Position numbers and translations under genes: made by a program. 64,000 nucleotides of DNA, taken from Candidatus Enterosoma merdigallinarum (GTDB lineage: Bacteria > Bacillota_I > Bacilli_A > RFN20 > CAG-288). Location: NCBI GenBank assembly GCA_018714385.1, contig DVNL01000010.1, positions 6,664-70,663 on the forward strand. The letters run 5' to 3'. Under the pieces are notes generated by a model. The model did no database searches, was not told the origin of the DNA, and was given only the letters and a program-made list of their open reading frames with translations. Positions 26,836 to 36,530 of the stretch are shown one piece after another; position 1 is the stretch's first letter; every line of letters begins with the position of its first letter.

Positions 26836-28025
26836 AATTCAAAAGGATCTTTCTCATCGTCATGGATTCCGTCGGCATCGGCGCGTTGGATGATGCCGCA
26901 CGTTTCCATGATGAAAACACCAATACCTGGCTTCATACGGCCCAAAGATGCGGCGGACTGAACGTTCCGACGATCGAGTCTTTCGGCATTCACGACCTCT
27001 GTCCCATTCCCGGCACGGAAAGCAAAAAGCATCCGCATGCCTATTGCCAGACGCTTCGTGAGAAGTCGAACGGAAAGGACACTCTGACGGGCCATTGGGA
27101 AATGATGGGACTCTATACGCCACACCCACTGGTCACGTTTACGGATACCGGCTTTCCCGAGGAACTGATCGACGAGCTCGAGAAGAGGACGGGCCGGAAG
27201 GTTATCGGGAACTACTCGGAAAGCGGAACGGTCATCCTGACACGCCTCGGCGAGGAACAGACACGTGACGGCTCTCTCATCGTCTACACATCTGCCGATT
27301 CGGTGCTTCAAATCGCCGCCAACACGGCCACAGTCCCGCTGGAAGAGCTTTATCGGGATTGTGAAATTGCCCGTGAGATCACGATGAAACCGGAATGGCG
27401 AGTTGGTAGGGTTATCGCACGGCCATTTGTTGGAACGGACAAGACGAATTTCAAGAGAACTTCCGATCGAAGGGACTACTCTCTCTCTCCTTCCGGAACA
27501 ACCGTTCTCGATCTTCTTAAAGAAAGTGGCAAAGATGTCATCGCCATCGGAAAGATTCATGATATCTTCAATGGTGTCGGCATTACCGAATCCATCCATA
27601 CCGTAAGCAACGAGGACGGCATGGACAAGACGATTGCCATAGCCAAAGAAAAGTCTTTCGACGGCCTCTGCTTCGTCAATCTCGTCGAATTCGATTCCCT
27701 CTATGGACATCGTCGCGATCCAATCGGCTACGGCAAGGCCATCGAATCCTTCGACAAGAGACTCGGCCAACTTCTGCCTTACATCGGTGAGGAGGACCTT
27801 CTTCTCGTGACTGCCGATCACGGAAACGATCCGACGCATACGGGAACCGATCACACGAGAGAAAGAGTCCCTCTTTTCAGCTATTCTCCGGCCTATACGA
27901 ATGGCGAAAAGATTTCCGAAGAAGAAACGTTTGCCGTCATTGGACAGACTATCCTCGCCAATTTTGGCATTCCGGCCTCCGACAATCTCATCGGCCGTCC
28001 TGTCCATCGTCTTTTGCGCGATTGA
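26832..28025 (+). CDS. deoB: Phosphopentomutase
   Basis: ORF 26832..28025 carries KRIFLIVMDSVGIG... and ...TADHGNDPTHTGTDHTRE... Confidence 0.93.
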   Translation: MKFKRIFLIVMDSVGIGALDDAARFHDENTNTWLHTAQRCGGLNVPTIESFGIHDLCPIPGTESKKHPHAYCQTLREKSNGKDTLTGHWEMMGLYTPHPLVTFTDTGFPEELIDELEKRTGRKVIGNYSESGTVILTRLGEEQTRDGSLIVYTSADSVLQIAANTATVPLEELYRDCEIAREITMKPEWRVGRVIARPFVGTDKTNFKRTSDRRDYSLSPSGTTVLDLLKESGKDVIAIGKIHDIFNGVGITESIHTVSNEDGMDKTIAIAKEKSFDGLCFVNLVEFDSLYGHRRDPIGYGKAIESFDKRLGQLLPYIGEEDLLLVTADHGNDPTHTGTDHTRERVPLFSYSPAYTNGEKISEEETFAVIGQTILANFGIPASDNLIGRPVHRLLRD

Positions 28026-28056
28026 ACCTGCCGTTTTCATCGAAAGAGGTATCAAC

Positions 28057-29040
28057 ATGAAAAGAACTCGTTTTGGATTGATTGGATTCGCTGCTGCTTT
28101 TATGGTTTCCCTGGCCTCTTGCGCCCCCTCGTCTTCCTCCACCGGGGCGGTGAATTCGAATGAACTTCGCTTTACTATCATTTCCCCTCAAGGCGCTCCG
28201 GCGGCAAGCCTTGCGCGCTACGGAAAGAGCGAAAAATTGACTCTGGCACAGGCACAACAAGTCCGGGCCGCCTTTACTTCCGCTGAATCCGATTTCATTA
28301 TCTTCGATTCGGTCAATGGCTTGAAATTGGCCGGAGACAACTATCGTTTGGCCCGTATGGTCACTTTTGGCAATCTATATGTCATTTCCACTGGGAACGA
28401 TGACGATGGCGTCATGGATGACGAGGACAACATCTTTTCGTATGGCGAAGGACTTGTTCCGGATATGGCTTTTAAAAAGGTATATCCGGAAATCATCCCC
28501 GACAACTATGGGGCGCAGGTGAGCGATACTTCTCCTGTCCTGCTTTCCGGAACGTTTGAAGGCCAAGAAGTTGATTATGTCGTTTCAAGCTATCCTCCTA
28601 TTTTTGCCGCCATGAACAACGCCAACAAAAAGACGGACCTCTCTGTCTATAGTAATGTGGCTGAGGAATTCGGTGAAAAATACGATACCGATGGTTTTCC
28701 TCAAGCGGGACTTTTCATCAAGAAGTCCCTTGAGGAGAATGATACTTTAAAAGCGGATCTCACTTCTTTCCTGAATCAGTTCGACAAAGATATCGAAGAT
28801 CTCGTAAATGGGGCAAGCGAGGCCGTAAAGCTTCTGGGAGAATATGGCAGCGTTGAAGAACAGGCCGACCGCTTCGGCTTCAATGCCAATGTTCTCAAAG
28901 GTGTCCAAAAGACAAACGCCTTGGCCTTTTTGGCCGCGGATAAGAATCCTTCCCTTGCCGGCTACGATGTCTTTAAGTCCGAGTTCGGATTTCCTATCAC
29001 GGAAGACCTTCTCTCCTCCTATTACCCGGACAATGCCTGA
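28057..29040 (+). CDS. Lipoprotein, probable ABC-transporter substrate-binding protein (NitT/TauT-like)
   Basis: From ORF 27901..29040, with ATG 28057 behind AGAGG. It has a signal peptide with lipobox LASC. It is adjacent to and coupled with a permease gene. The family assignment is tentative. Confidence 0.55.
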   Translation: MKRTRFGLIGFAAAFMVSLASCAPSSSSTGAVNSNELRFTIISPQGAPAASLARYGKSEKLTLAQAQQVRAAFTSAESDFIIFDSVNGLKLAGDNYRLARMVTFGNLYVISTGNDDDGVMDDEDNIFSYGEGLVPDMAFKKVYPEIIPDNYGAQVSDTSPVLLSGTFEGQEVDYVVSSYPPIFAAMNNANKKTDLSVYSNVAEEFGEKYDTDGFPQAGLFIKKSLEENDTLKADLTSFLNQFDKDIEDLVNGASEAVKLLGEYGSVEEQADRFGFNANVLKGVQKTNALAFLAADKNPSLAGYDVFKSEFGFPITEDLLSSYYPDNA

Positions 29041-29831
29041 TGAGTACTAAAAAGGCTCGGTCGTTTTTCAGACACAAGACAACACTTTTTGTCTTGGGCC
29101 TTTTTCTTGTCGTCGCTATTTGGGAAATCGTCGCTTTCGCAACGGGTTTTCTTTTTGTTCCGGAATTCTTTTCCACCGTGGCTAGAGCCTTTTCTCTGTT
29201 GGGCGAGGCGAGAACGTGGAATGCGATAGGCTTTACTCTTTTGCGTCTCTGCTTGGCCTTTATAGCCTCGGCGACATTGGGGGTGTTCTTGGGCACTTTG
29301 GCAGGCTATTTTGAACCCCTAGGAAATCTCCTGCGGCCCCTCATCTTGCTATTGCGTGCCCTGCCGACAGTTGCTTTAATCCTGCTTCTGATCGTCCATG
29401 TCCCGATGGCCTCTCTTTGGGTTGTCGGGCTCGTTTTATTTCCCGTCATATATCAGGCAAGTCTGGAAGGCTCTTCAAAAGCCTTTGCCGACTTTGAAAA
29501 ACTGATACGTCTTCAGGGGAAGAGACACATCAACAACATCACGCGCGTCATTCTTCCTTTGTCGATGGATTATGTCCTTCTCGGTTTCGTCCAGTCGATA
29601 GGCTTGGGCATGAAGGTCGAGATCATGGCGGAGACCTTTGCATATTCGTCAAACAGAATAGGCTTAGGCCAAATGATATATTCCAGCTATCAGCAAGTCG
29701 ATTACGAGAGGCTGATGGCTTTGGTTTTGATCTGCCTCCTTTTGGTCTTTCTTCTGGATGGTTGGATGAAAGGAATGAAGATAGTCATCGAAAGAAAACT
29801 CAACCTGAGCAAAGAGCAAATCGATGCATAA
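29040..29831 (+). CDS. ABC transporter permease (binding-protein-dependent, NitT/TauT-like)
   Basis: ORF 29040..29831. It has 6 predicted TM segments. An EAA-like loop region lies around ...SLEGSSKAFADFEKLIRLQG... Confidence 0.7.
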   Translation: MSTKKARSFFRHKTTLFVLGLFLVVAIWEIVAFATGFLFVPEFFSTVARAFSLLGEARTWNAIGFTLLRLCLAFIASATLGVFLGTLAGYFEPLGNLLRPLILLLRALPTVALILLLIVHVPMASLWVVGLVLFPVIYQASLEGSSKAFADFEKLIRLQGKRHINNITRVILPLSMDYVLLGFVQSIGLGMKVEIMAETFAYSSNRIGLGQMIYSSYQQVDYERLMALVLICLLLVFLLDGWMKGMKIVIERKLNLSKEQIDA

Positions 29832-29844
29832 GAAATAGTAAATA

Positions 29845-29898
29845 ACTAGTACCAACTATAAACTTTTTTATTTGAAGCAGTAATTTATTGGTACTAGT
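29845..29898. repeat. Inverted repeat ACTAGTACCAA / TTGGTACTAGT (11 bp perfect) with a 32-nt AT-rich loop
   Basis: Read directly at 29845-29855 and 29888-29898. It belongs to a cluster of TGGTACTA/TAGTACCA motifs in 29832-30138. Confidence 0.7.
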
Positions 29899-30067
29899 TT
29901 ACAACTAAATTGTCTGTATCTCATAATTCCTTTATTTTTATTAACATAATTGATATTAAGCGAAGTAATTAGACTAATACAAAAATTAGTATAGATTTAG
30001 TACCATCTCAATACTACATACCAGTTCTCTCTTTTTTCGTGTAACTATTCACTATAATTAAAAATAA

Positions 30068-30094
30068 AAACTAGTACTTTTATAGTACTAGTTT
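30068..30094 (-). terminator. Rho-independent terminator of the mtnN-containing minus-strand operon
   Basis: Perfect 11-bp stem AAACTAGTACT / AGTACTAGTTT with a 5-nt loop. It is followed on the minus strand by TTATTTTTAATT. Confidence 0.65.
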
Positions 30095-30138
30095 CCAACT
30101 TGAATATATAGAAACGACAAGTATTTAATTGGTACTAT

Positions 30139-30825
30139 TTATTTACTAACACGAAGCTTAATAATCTCTATCGCCAATAAGACCGCCTTTCGGCATGCCT
30201 CTCCTAGGTTGTCCTCGTATTGCATGGCATTGTCATCGCCTGCCGTATCATCGGATATCGTCCTCAGAATACCATATGGGACCTTTGCTATATGACAGCA
30301 TTGGCCAACGGCAGCGGATTCCATATCGATCGCAACAGGGTTTTCGAAATCTTTGTCAAGGCCGGATGGCATATTGTCCTTCGTCACGAAATTGTCGCCG
30401 GTGACGATCAAACCTGTCTCAACCTCGGGTGCGATCTTTTTCGCACATTCGACAAATGTTCTGTCGCATTCATAGTAAAGGGGCATTTCAGCCATCTGTC
30501 CCCTCTTGTAGTCCCACCCGGGGAGCCAGACATCGTAGTATGCGGACCTTGTTGCGCACAAGGCGGAAAGAGGACTTAGGCGGTGTTCTAGAGTCCCGGC
30601 AACGCCTGTATTGACGACAAGATCGAATTCTTCTCTTCCCATATGCTTTCCGATGGCAAAAGCCATGCTTCCCTTGCCGATGCCGCCTTGACAGGCGACA
30701 AGTTCGAAGTCACCGAAATCGGCACGGATGTAATCGTTCTCGCAGCACAGAGGATAAGTAGAGACGGCCTCTTTCAAGGCATCCCACTCCTTCTCCGTTG
30801 CGACGATGAGAAGAACTTTCTTCAT
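30139..30825 (-). CDS. mtnN: 5'-methylthioadenosine/S-adenosylhomocysteine nucleosidase
   Basis: ORF 30139..30825 carries ...GGIGKGSMAFAIG..., VNTGVAGTL, AIDMESAAVGQ... Confidence 0.88.
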   Translation of the reverse strand: MKKVLLIVATEKEWDALKEAVSTYPLCCENDYIRADFGDFELVACQGGIGKGSMAFAIGKHMGREEFDLVVNTGVAGTLEHRLSPLSALCATRSAYYDVWLPGWDYKRGQMAEMPLYYECDRTFVECAKKIAPEVETGLIVTGDNFVTKDNMPSGLDKDFENPVAIDMESAAVGQCCHIAKVPYGILRTISDDTAGDDNAMQYEDNLGEACRKAVLLAIEIIKLRVSK

Positions 30826-31274
30826 GCCTGCCTCTGGCTTTCGGGCCTTTTGCGCTTGCGATACTTCGGTTCGCTTTTCGCTTCGACGACTTTATGCGGG
30901 CAGTCTGCATAAAGACTGTCGAAATCGACTTCGCGGCGCATATCTTCCGTGAAGAGCTGGATCACGACCTGCTTGGCGTCCAAAAGTATCCACGTCGATC
31001 CGTTTCTGCCTTCCTTGTGGTGGAGGTCATAATAGTTGTCGTAGAGGCTTTCCTCGGCCGCCGAGACCAAGGCACGCAGACGTCGGTCGTTCTGGGCCGA
31101 TGCGACGATATAGTAGCTGACATATGGCGTGACTTTGCGGACATCATAGACGATGACGTCCTTCCCGTAGTTCCAGGAAAGATCTTCTGCGACATGGATC
31201 GGCCTTGTCGCTGAGATCCTTCCCTTGTTCGCGAATTTTGTCTCAGGCGTTTTCTTGTGAATGGCAATACTCAT
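30822..31274 (-). CDS. rsfS: Ribosomal silencing factor RsfS (iojap-like), with a basic C-terminal tail
   Basis: ORF 30822..31274 carries ...IVYDVRKVTPYVSYYIVASAQNDRRLRAL...WILLDAKQVVIQLF.... It shows synteny after yqeK. Confidence 0.85.
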   Translation of the reverse strand: MSIAIHKKTPETKFANKGRISATRPIHVAEDLSWNYGKDVIVYDVRKVTPYVSYYIVASAQNDRRLRALVSAAEESLYDNYYDLHHKEGRNGSTWILLDAKQVVIQLFTEDMRREVDFDSLYADCPHKVVEAKSEPKYRKRKRPESQRQA

Positions 31275-32208
31275 TTTCTATTTCCTCCGATAGGTATGTT
31301 CGATACATTTCTTCAGTCAACGGGTTGGTCCGATAGTCGATGTCATGACGACGGAAGTAGGCAAGCTGCTCCCTTATCGTATCCAAAAAGCCGACATGGA
31401 TGTCGCCTAGGGCATCCTTGAGGATATGCCCAGTCGGGAAAGGGCGCAACGGCTCACACTTGTCGGCGGTATAGACGATCTTTTCGAAGTCGCTCATCTT
31501 TCCGTTCCCGGTGCAGTGGTAAAGGATAGCGGATAGGACCTCCTCATCCTCGAGCCCGAACATCGTCCGAGCCAATATTGCGCCGGCAAACTGATGCAGG
31601 GAGAAACCGGGATAATTGCGAAATTCCGGCATGTGCGTCGCAACAAGACTTCTCTGCGAGGCTTTGTCGATATCTTTGGCGATGTCGTGGAACATCCCGG
31701 CCTGAAACGCCCTTTGCGGATCGAGGCCATGGTGGGAAGCAATCAATGCAGCGGTCTTGGCGACGGAGAAGGAATGGGCATACCTTTCTTCCGTCATCAT
31801 GGAAGCGATCTTCGAGGCGAAAAAGAGCTTGTCCCCCGCTACTTTTTCCAGGATCCATTGCGGTGCGGAGAGAACTTTTCCGGCGCGAAAATCTTCCTGT
31901 GCCTTCTTTAGTCTTGTGACCGGAGCGAAAATGGGCAAGCCTTGTATGCTCGATGGCAGGATTTTCGCATCACCGATGACCACATCGAAACCAATCGACA
32001 AGTCATTTGACAACTTCTCATTTTTCAAAAGGCGTGTTTGTCTTCCGAAAAGCGAATCAGGCACTATGATTCCATCAATGCAGAAGTCATCATGCACAGG
32101 GAGAAAAGTCAGTTCCCAATCTTCATTCAGTGGCAAAAAAGACCGCAGAGCCTTTTCGTGCTCCGTGGTCCAGGGAAGAAACGTATCGACAAAGAGAATT
32201 TTTCTCAT
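31243..32208 (-). CDS. yqeK: Fusion of a degenerate NadD-like nucleotidyltransferase domain and a YqeK-type HD phosphohydrolase
   Basis: From ORF 31243..32235, with the start at ATG 32208 overlapping the yqeH stop (ATGA). The C-terminal half, ...RYAHSFSVAKTA...MFHDIAKD...LYHCTG..., is YqeK-like HD. The N-terminal ~130 aa aligns to NadD, but the GxFxPxHxGH motif reads VDTFLPWTTEH. Confidence 0.65.
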   Translation of the reverse strand: MRKILFVDTFLPWTTEHEKALRSFLPLNEDWELTFLPVHDDFCIDGIIVPDSLFGRQTRLLKNEKLSNDLSIGFDVVIGDAKILPSSIQGLPIFAPVTRLKKAQEDFRAGKVLSAPQWILEKVAGDKLFFASKIASMMTEERYAHSFSVAKTAALIASHHGLDPQRAFQAGMFHDIAKDIDKASQRSLVATHMPEFRNYPGFSLHQFAGAILARTMFGLEDEEVLSAILYHCTGNGKMSDFEKIVYTADKCEPLRPFPTGHILKDALGDIHVGFLDTIREQLAYFRRHDIDYRTNPLTEEMYRTYLSEEIENEYCHSQENA

Positions 32209-33365
32209 GCGTTGGCGACTTCGTTTCGCTCGCAAAGGATACGAACGCCCTTAGGAGCGTAGACATCGATGACAGCGCCGGGCGTTCCGATGAAGTCAAA
32301 GAAGCCCAGGCCCACGACGCGGATGCGATAGGGGGCATTTGCCTCGATCTCGCACGTCGTCTTGGAAAGGCCCTGGATATCCTTCACCTTTTCCGTACGG
32401 AAAGAGGCTTGCTCGTTGAGGCAGTTCTGGCGGAAGGCCTGATCGGCCTTGCCGATCTTGCATCTTTCGATCACGATGTCGTTGGATTTGAGGAAGGTGA
32501 AGTCGGTCCTGGGTCCCTTGATGTAGTCGATCCGGCAGAGATTGGAAAGGAGGAAGGACTGACCTTCCTTGGTCTGGTACTTTTCGGGACGGATCTCGTT
32601 TCTGGGAATCACGTACTTAACGATTTCCGGTTCGATGAAAGAGACGATGCTCTTGGGGTTGTAGATGCCCGGAGTGTCGAAAATATAGGAATTTTCATCG
32701 AGCGGGATCGAGATGACGTCCAATGTCGTCCCGGGATAGGGCGACGTGGTGATCATTTTCTCCGTGGAATTGCGATAATCCTTCAAAAGCCTGTTGATGA
32801 GGGAGGATTTGCCGACTTGATAGGCGCCGATGAAATAGACGCTCTTTCCATTGCGATTTTTTTCGATGGCGGCCATCACTTCGTCGATGTTCATCCCCTT
32901 GGACGAAGAGGTGAGGATGATGTCCTTGACATGGATCCCCTCCGGCTCAAGCTTCGAGAGGACGTATTTCTTGAGAAAGTCATCGGAATAGTTCTTAGGC
33001 AGGACGTCTCTCTTGTTGACGACGACGAGAACGTTTTCGGGAAGATATTTGCCGATGCCGTCGAGAAGCGAACCGGTCAGGCAAAAAGCGTTGAGGACAT
33101 AGACGACGAGGGCCTCTTCCTCCTTGGCATCCTCGAGGATCGTGACATAGTCGATGTTGAAATCCGGAGTCTTCTTGTAGGTGGAGTAGTGGCGGAGCTT
33201 GTAGCAACGTTCGCACAGCGTATCCTCGCCAGACTCGAATTTCGCCGGCGGGACATAGCCGACCTCGTCCGGGTCGGTATCCTGAAGGATCGCACCGCAC
33301 CCGTAGCAACGGCGGACGCGGATCTCCTGGGTCACGCCGCTGGCCTTGGTTCTCTTGAAGAACAT
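32205..33365 (-). CDS. yqeH: Ribosome biogenesis GTPase YqeH
   Basis: From ORF 32205..33626, with the start at ATG 33365 (6 nt after GGAGGA). It has an N-terminal Zn-finger CYGCGAILQ...CERCYKL. The GTPase is circularly permuted (VVNKRDVL ... GAYQVGKSSLIN). Confidence 0.88.
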   Translation of the reverse strand: MFFKRTKASGVTQEIRVRRCYGCGAILQDTDPDEVGYVPPAKFESGEDTLCERCYKLRHYSTYKKTPDFNIDYVTILEDAKEEEALVVYVLNAFCLTGSLLDGIGKYLPENVLVVVNKRDVLPKNYSDDFLKKYVLSKLEPEGIHVKDIILTSSSKGMNIDEVMAAIEKNRNGKSVYFIGAYQVGKSSLINRLLKDYRNSTEKMITTSPYPGTTLDVISIPLDENSYIFDTPGIYNPKSIVSFIEPEIVKYVIPRNEIRPEKYQTKEGQSFLLSNLCRIDYIKGPRTDFTFLKSNDIVIERCKIGKADQAFRQNCLNEQASFRTEKVKDIQGLSKTTCEIEANAPYRIRVVGLGFFDFIGTPGAVIDVYAPKGVRILCERNEVANA

Positions 33366-33367
33366 GG

Positions 33368-33907
33368 TCATTCCTCCTTTTTCCTTGTTGGGCATTCTTC
33401 GCCGAGGATGCCCTTCTTTCGCCAACCCTCGCGAACCCTCTTGTCGAAGAAGCGAGGAATCTTGGTCACCCAATTGTCCTTTTCCGAAAGCGGTTCGGTC
33501 AGGACAAGCCGGCCCTTGAGCTGCCGGACATAAATCCGGTCGGTATAGATCTGATCGCCGATGAAGAGGCAATCCTCGACGGCAAGCCCCTGCTTCTTGA
33601 GAAACTTCCTTATCCGGAAGGCCCAATACTTGAAGGAAGAGCTGAGGTAGGGGACGGCAAGCTCACGGCAATATTGTCCGCATCGCTCCTCCGTGTTGTT
33701 GGAGAGAATGAGAACACGCAAGCCGAGCTTTTGGAGTTCCTCGACGAGCGCCTTTGCCCGCGGGGCAGGATCGAATACGTCAGCCGGATCCAATGTGTTG
33801 TCCAAATCAGTGACGACCGCCTTGATCTTCAGATCAAGGAAGAACTGGGGATCGATGTCATAGATGCTCTTCGCATGGAAGGCAACTTTCTGTTTCTTGT
33901 TTGGCAT
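33368..33907 (-). CDS. yqeG: YqeG-family HAD-IIIA phosphatase
   Basis: ORF 33368..33907 carries ...KAVVTDLDNTL... and ...LILSNN...FIGDQIYTD.... It shows synteny with yqeH. Confidence 0.85.
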   Translation of the reverse strand: MPNKKQKVAFHAKSIYDIDPQFFLDLKIKAVVTDLDNTLDPADVFDPAPRAKALVEELQKLGLRVLILSNNTEERCGQYCRELAVPYLSSSFKYWAFRIRKFLKKQGLAVEDCLFIGDQIYTDRIYVRQLKGRLVLTEPLSEKDNWVTKIPRFFDKRVREGWRKKGILGEECPTRKKEE

Positions 33908-33926
33908 ATCCTAAGTATAGCAGAAA

Positions 33927-36530
33927 CTAATTCTTTTTATCCTTCTCGAAGAGATCAAACAGGGAAAGCTGCGTGTCGGCCTTGTCGGCCTTGGCCTTGA
34001 CAGGGCTAACCTTGACCTCTTTGGGCGTTTCGATGGGGAAGGTCTCGTCGATCACGGTTCCCGCCTCGTTCTTGCCCAGAATGACGGCTTTCCCGAGTCC
34101 GGGTATGTTTTCGCGCATCTCCGAGTTGAGTTCGACGGGGGCAAGATCGCCGAGGTCGATGACCGTCGTCTGTTCCGCAGTGGTGGCGCTGGCATAGTTC
34201 TTCTGGCCGCGAATCTTGTCGACCTTGGACAGGGAAACGATGTTCATCGGATTCTTCTTGAAGATCCGGACCAGGTTGGTCTTTGCGCCAAGCCTCTCCG
34301 TCGTCTCGATCTTGGCCGAGGAGACAAGCCTAGCCGCCCTTCTGTCGGCAAGGACGAGAAGAGGGGCAGCTTCCTTGCTGCTCAAAGCGACAAGAGAGAC
34401 AAGAGGCGGGTTCTCGATGGAGGAGGAAATGGCCTTGACGCCCATTGCCGAGAGGGAGACGAGAGGAATGTCCGCCTCGTTGAAGCGGGAAACCTGTCCC
34501 ATCCGGTTGCAGACGATGATGTCGGAATTGCCGCCGGTCATCTCGACACCGACCACGCTGTCGCTGCCATTGAGAAGCTTGCAGGCACGAACCGTCCTTT
34601 TGGTGAGACCCGCCTGCGCGAATTCGACAAGCGCGGTCCTCTTGATCTTGTTCTCGCTGGTGAGGAGGACAACGTTGATCCCAGGGAGGAACTTGTTAAG
34701 GAGGAAAGCCTTGATGATCTTCTCGTTCGCCTTGAGGCTCAGGAGGTTGTTGAGGTGCTTGCCCTCCTCCTTCCATTTGAGCTCAGGCAGGAGATAGACG
34801 GGAAGATAGCCGTAGTTGCCTTTGTCCGTGAAAAAGAGAATGGCGTCATGAGTGGAGCATTTCTGACAGAAGACGATACGGTCGCCGGTCTTCATCTTCG
34901 GGAGGTGGAGGGGGTCGTCCTTGTTGGCATCGCAAGAAGCCTGATATGACTTCGGTGATGTCCTCTTGCTGTAGCCGTCCTCGGTGATGGAGACGTAGCA
35001 ATCCTCCTTGGCGATGAGCTTCGTCTGGTCCACCGTGTCGAAGACGAGCTTGTCGAAGAGGATTTCCGTGCGTCTTGGGCGAGCGAAGAGCTTGCTCACC
35101 TCCTTGAGGGAACGGACGATCTCTCTGTCGAGCTTCTCCGAATCGGAAAGGAGACCCTTGAGTCTTTCGATGTCTTGTCGCAAAGCAGCATCTTCTTCCC
35201 TCAAAGCCACGATGTCTGTGTTGGAAAGTCTGTAGAGAGGCAACATGGCGATGGCTTCCGCCTGGTTCTCAGTGAAACCATAATCGTCCTTCAACATCGT
35301 CTTGACGGATTCTTTGCCGTGGCACTTCTTGATCTTGGCGATGACCTCGTCGACGATGGAATAGACCTTCACAAGTCCGGCGACGATTTCCAGTCTCCTC
35401 TGATCCGTCTTCAGGTCGAACGCGGCCGACCGGGTTTCGATTTCCCTTTGATGGTCGATGTAGGCATCGAGGATCTCAAGCAACGGGAGCGTCTTGGGGT
35501 GTCCTTTGACGATGGCAAGGAAATTGCAGCTGAGATTGTTTTTCAGACAACCTTTAGACTGCAGGTAGTTGAGGACGTCCTCCGGAGAGGAGCCCTTCTT
35601 GATCTTGATGACGATACGGACATCGTCCTTGGCGGACTCGTCCACCACCTCCTCGATGTTGTCGAGATTGTCGGTCTCCTTCCTTTTGACGAGATTGGCG
35701 ACGAAATCGATCTTGACGACGCCTGTCGGAATCTCGTCGATGACGATCGTGTTTTCCTGATGATCGATCTGGACATGGCTATAGACGGTAAGAGATCCTT
35801 TACCCGTCTCGTAAAGATGCCGGATCGCCTCCTTGTCGTCGAGGATGCCGCCGGTAGGGAAGTCGGGGCCCTTTATGAATTGGAGAATGTCGTCGAGGTT
35901 TGCCCGACGGTGGGTGATCCGATAGATCGTGGCGTCGATGACTTCGCCCAGGTTGTGGCTGGGGATGAAAGTCGTGCTTCCCACGGCGATGCCTTGCGTG
36001 CCGTTGACAAGAAGGTTTGGGAAACGCGCGGGAAGGACCGTCGGTTCGAGAGATTTGTCGTCGAAGGTCGGAACCATCTCGACCGTCTCCTTCTCGATTC
36101 CCTTGACCAGAAATTCGCTGAGGCGGGAAAGCCTCGCTTCCGTGTAGCGGTTTGCGGCGGCAGGATCGTCGTCAATGGAGCCGTTGTTTCCCTGGAAGTC
36201 GACAAGAGGTTCTTCCATCTTCCAGCCTTGGGAAAGATGGACGAGGGCATCGTAGATGGAGCTGTCCCCGTGGGGATGGTAGTGGCCCATGACATGGCCA
36301 ACGATCGTGGCGCATTTCACCGTGGGCTTGCTATAGAGATCCCCCTGGTCGAACATGTCGTAGATGATACGGCGCTGGACGGGCTTGAGACCGTCTCGGA
36401 CGTCCGGGATGGCACGGTCGGTGATGACCGCCTTTGCGTATCGGTTGAAGGCCTGGATGAGGACATCGCTCATCTGGGAGGGCACGATGTCTTCCTGGAT
36501 CAGGACCTTTTCCTGTCTTTTACTTTTCAC
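33927..36530 (-). CDS. parC: DNA topoisomerase IV subunit A (type IIA topoisomerase A subunit)
   Basis: ORF 33927..36530 carries ...[12 protein letters not shown]...[13 protein letters not shown]...ARYTE.... The ParC-versus-GyrA call rests on the plsY-parE-parC synteny known from Bacillus. Confidence 0.8.
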   Translation of the reverse strand: MKSKRQEKVLIQEDIVPSQMSDVLIQAFNRYAKAVITDRAIPDVRDGLKPVQRRIIYDMFDQGDLYSKPTVKCATIVGHVMGHYHPHGDSSIYDALVHLSQGWKMEEPLVDFQGNNGSIDDDPAAANRYTEARLSRLSEFLVKGIEKETVEMVPTFDDKSLEPTVLPARFPNLLVNGTQGIAVGSTTFIPSHNLGEVIDATIYRITHRRANLDDILQFIKGPDFPTGGILDDKEAIRHLYETGKGSLTVYSHVQIDHQENTIVIDEIPTGVVKIDFVANLVKRKETDNLDNIEEVVDESAKDDVRIVIKIKKGSSPEDVLNYLQSKGCLKNNLSCNFLAIVKGHPKTLPLLEILDAYIDHQREIETRSAAFDLKTDQRRLEIVAGLVKVYSIVDEVIAKIKKCHGKESVKTMLKDDYGFTENQAEAIAMLPLYRLSNTDIVALREEDAALRQDIERLKGLLSDSEKLDREIVRSLKEVSKLFARPRRTEILFDKLVFDTVDQTKLIAKEDCYVSITEDGYSKRTSPKSYQASCDANKDDPLHLPKMKTGDRIVFCQKCSTHDAILFFTDKGNYGYLPVYLLPELKWKEEGKHLNNLLSLKANEKIIKAFLLNKFLPGINVVLLTSENKIKRTALVEFAQAGLTKRTVRACKLLNGSDSVVGVEMTGGNSDIIVCNRMGQVSRFNEADIPLVSLSAMGVKAISSSIENPPLVSLVALSSKEAAPLLVLADRRAARLVSSAKIETTERLGAKTNLVRIFKKNPMNIVSLSKVDKIRGQKNYASATTAEQTTVIDLGDLAPVELNSEMRENIPGLGKAVILGKNEAGTVIDETFPIETPKEVKVSPVKAKADKADTQLSLFDLFEKDKKN

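Noticed and set aside
29896-30125. Possible dif (Xer recombination) site in the AT-rich convergent spacer. Candidates are GAATATATA at about 30103 and TTGTAAACT on the minus strand at about 29896.
   Set aside because: Only 8-9 nt match the Bacillus dif 28-mer in each case. The matches are in different places, and neither has both Xer-binding arms.
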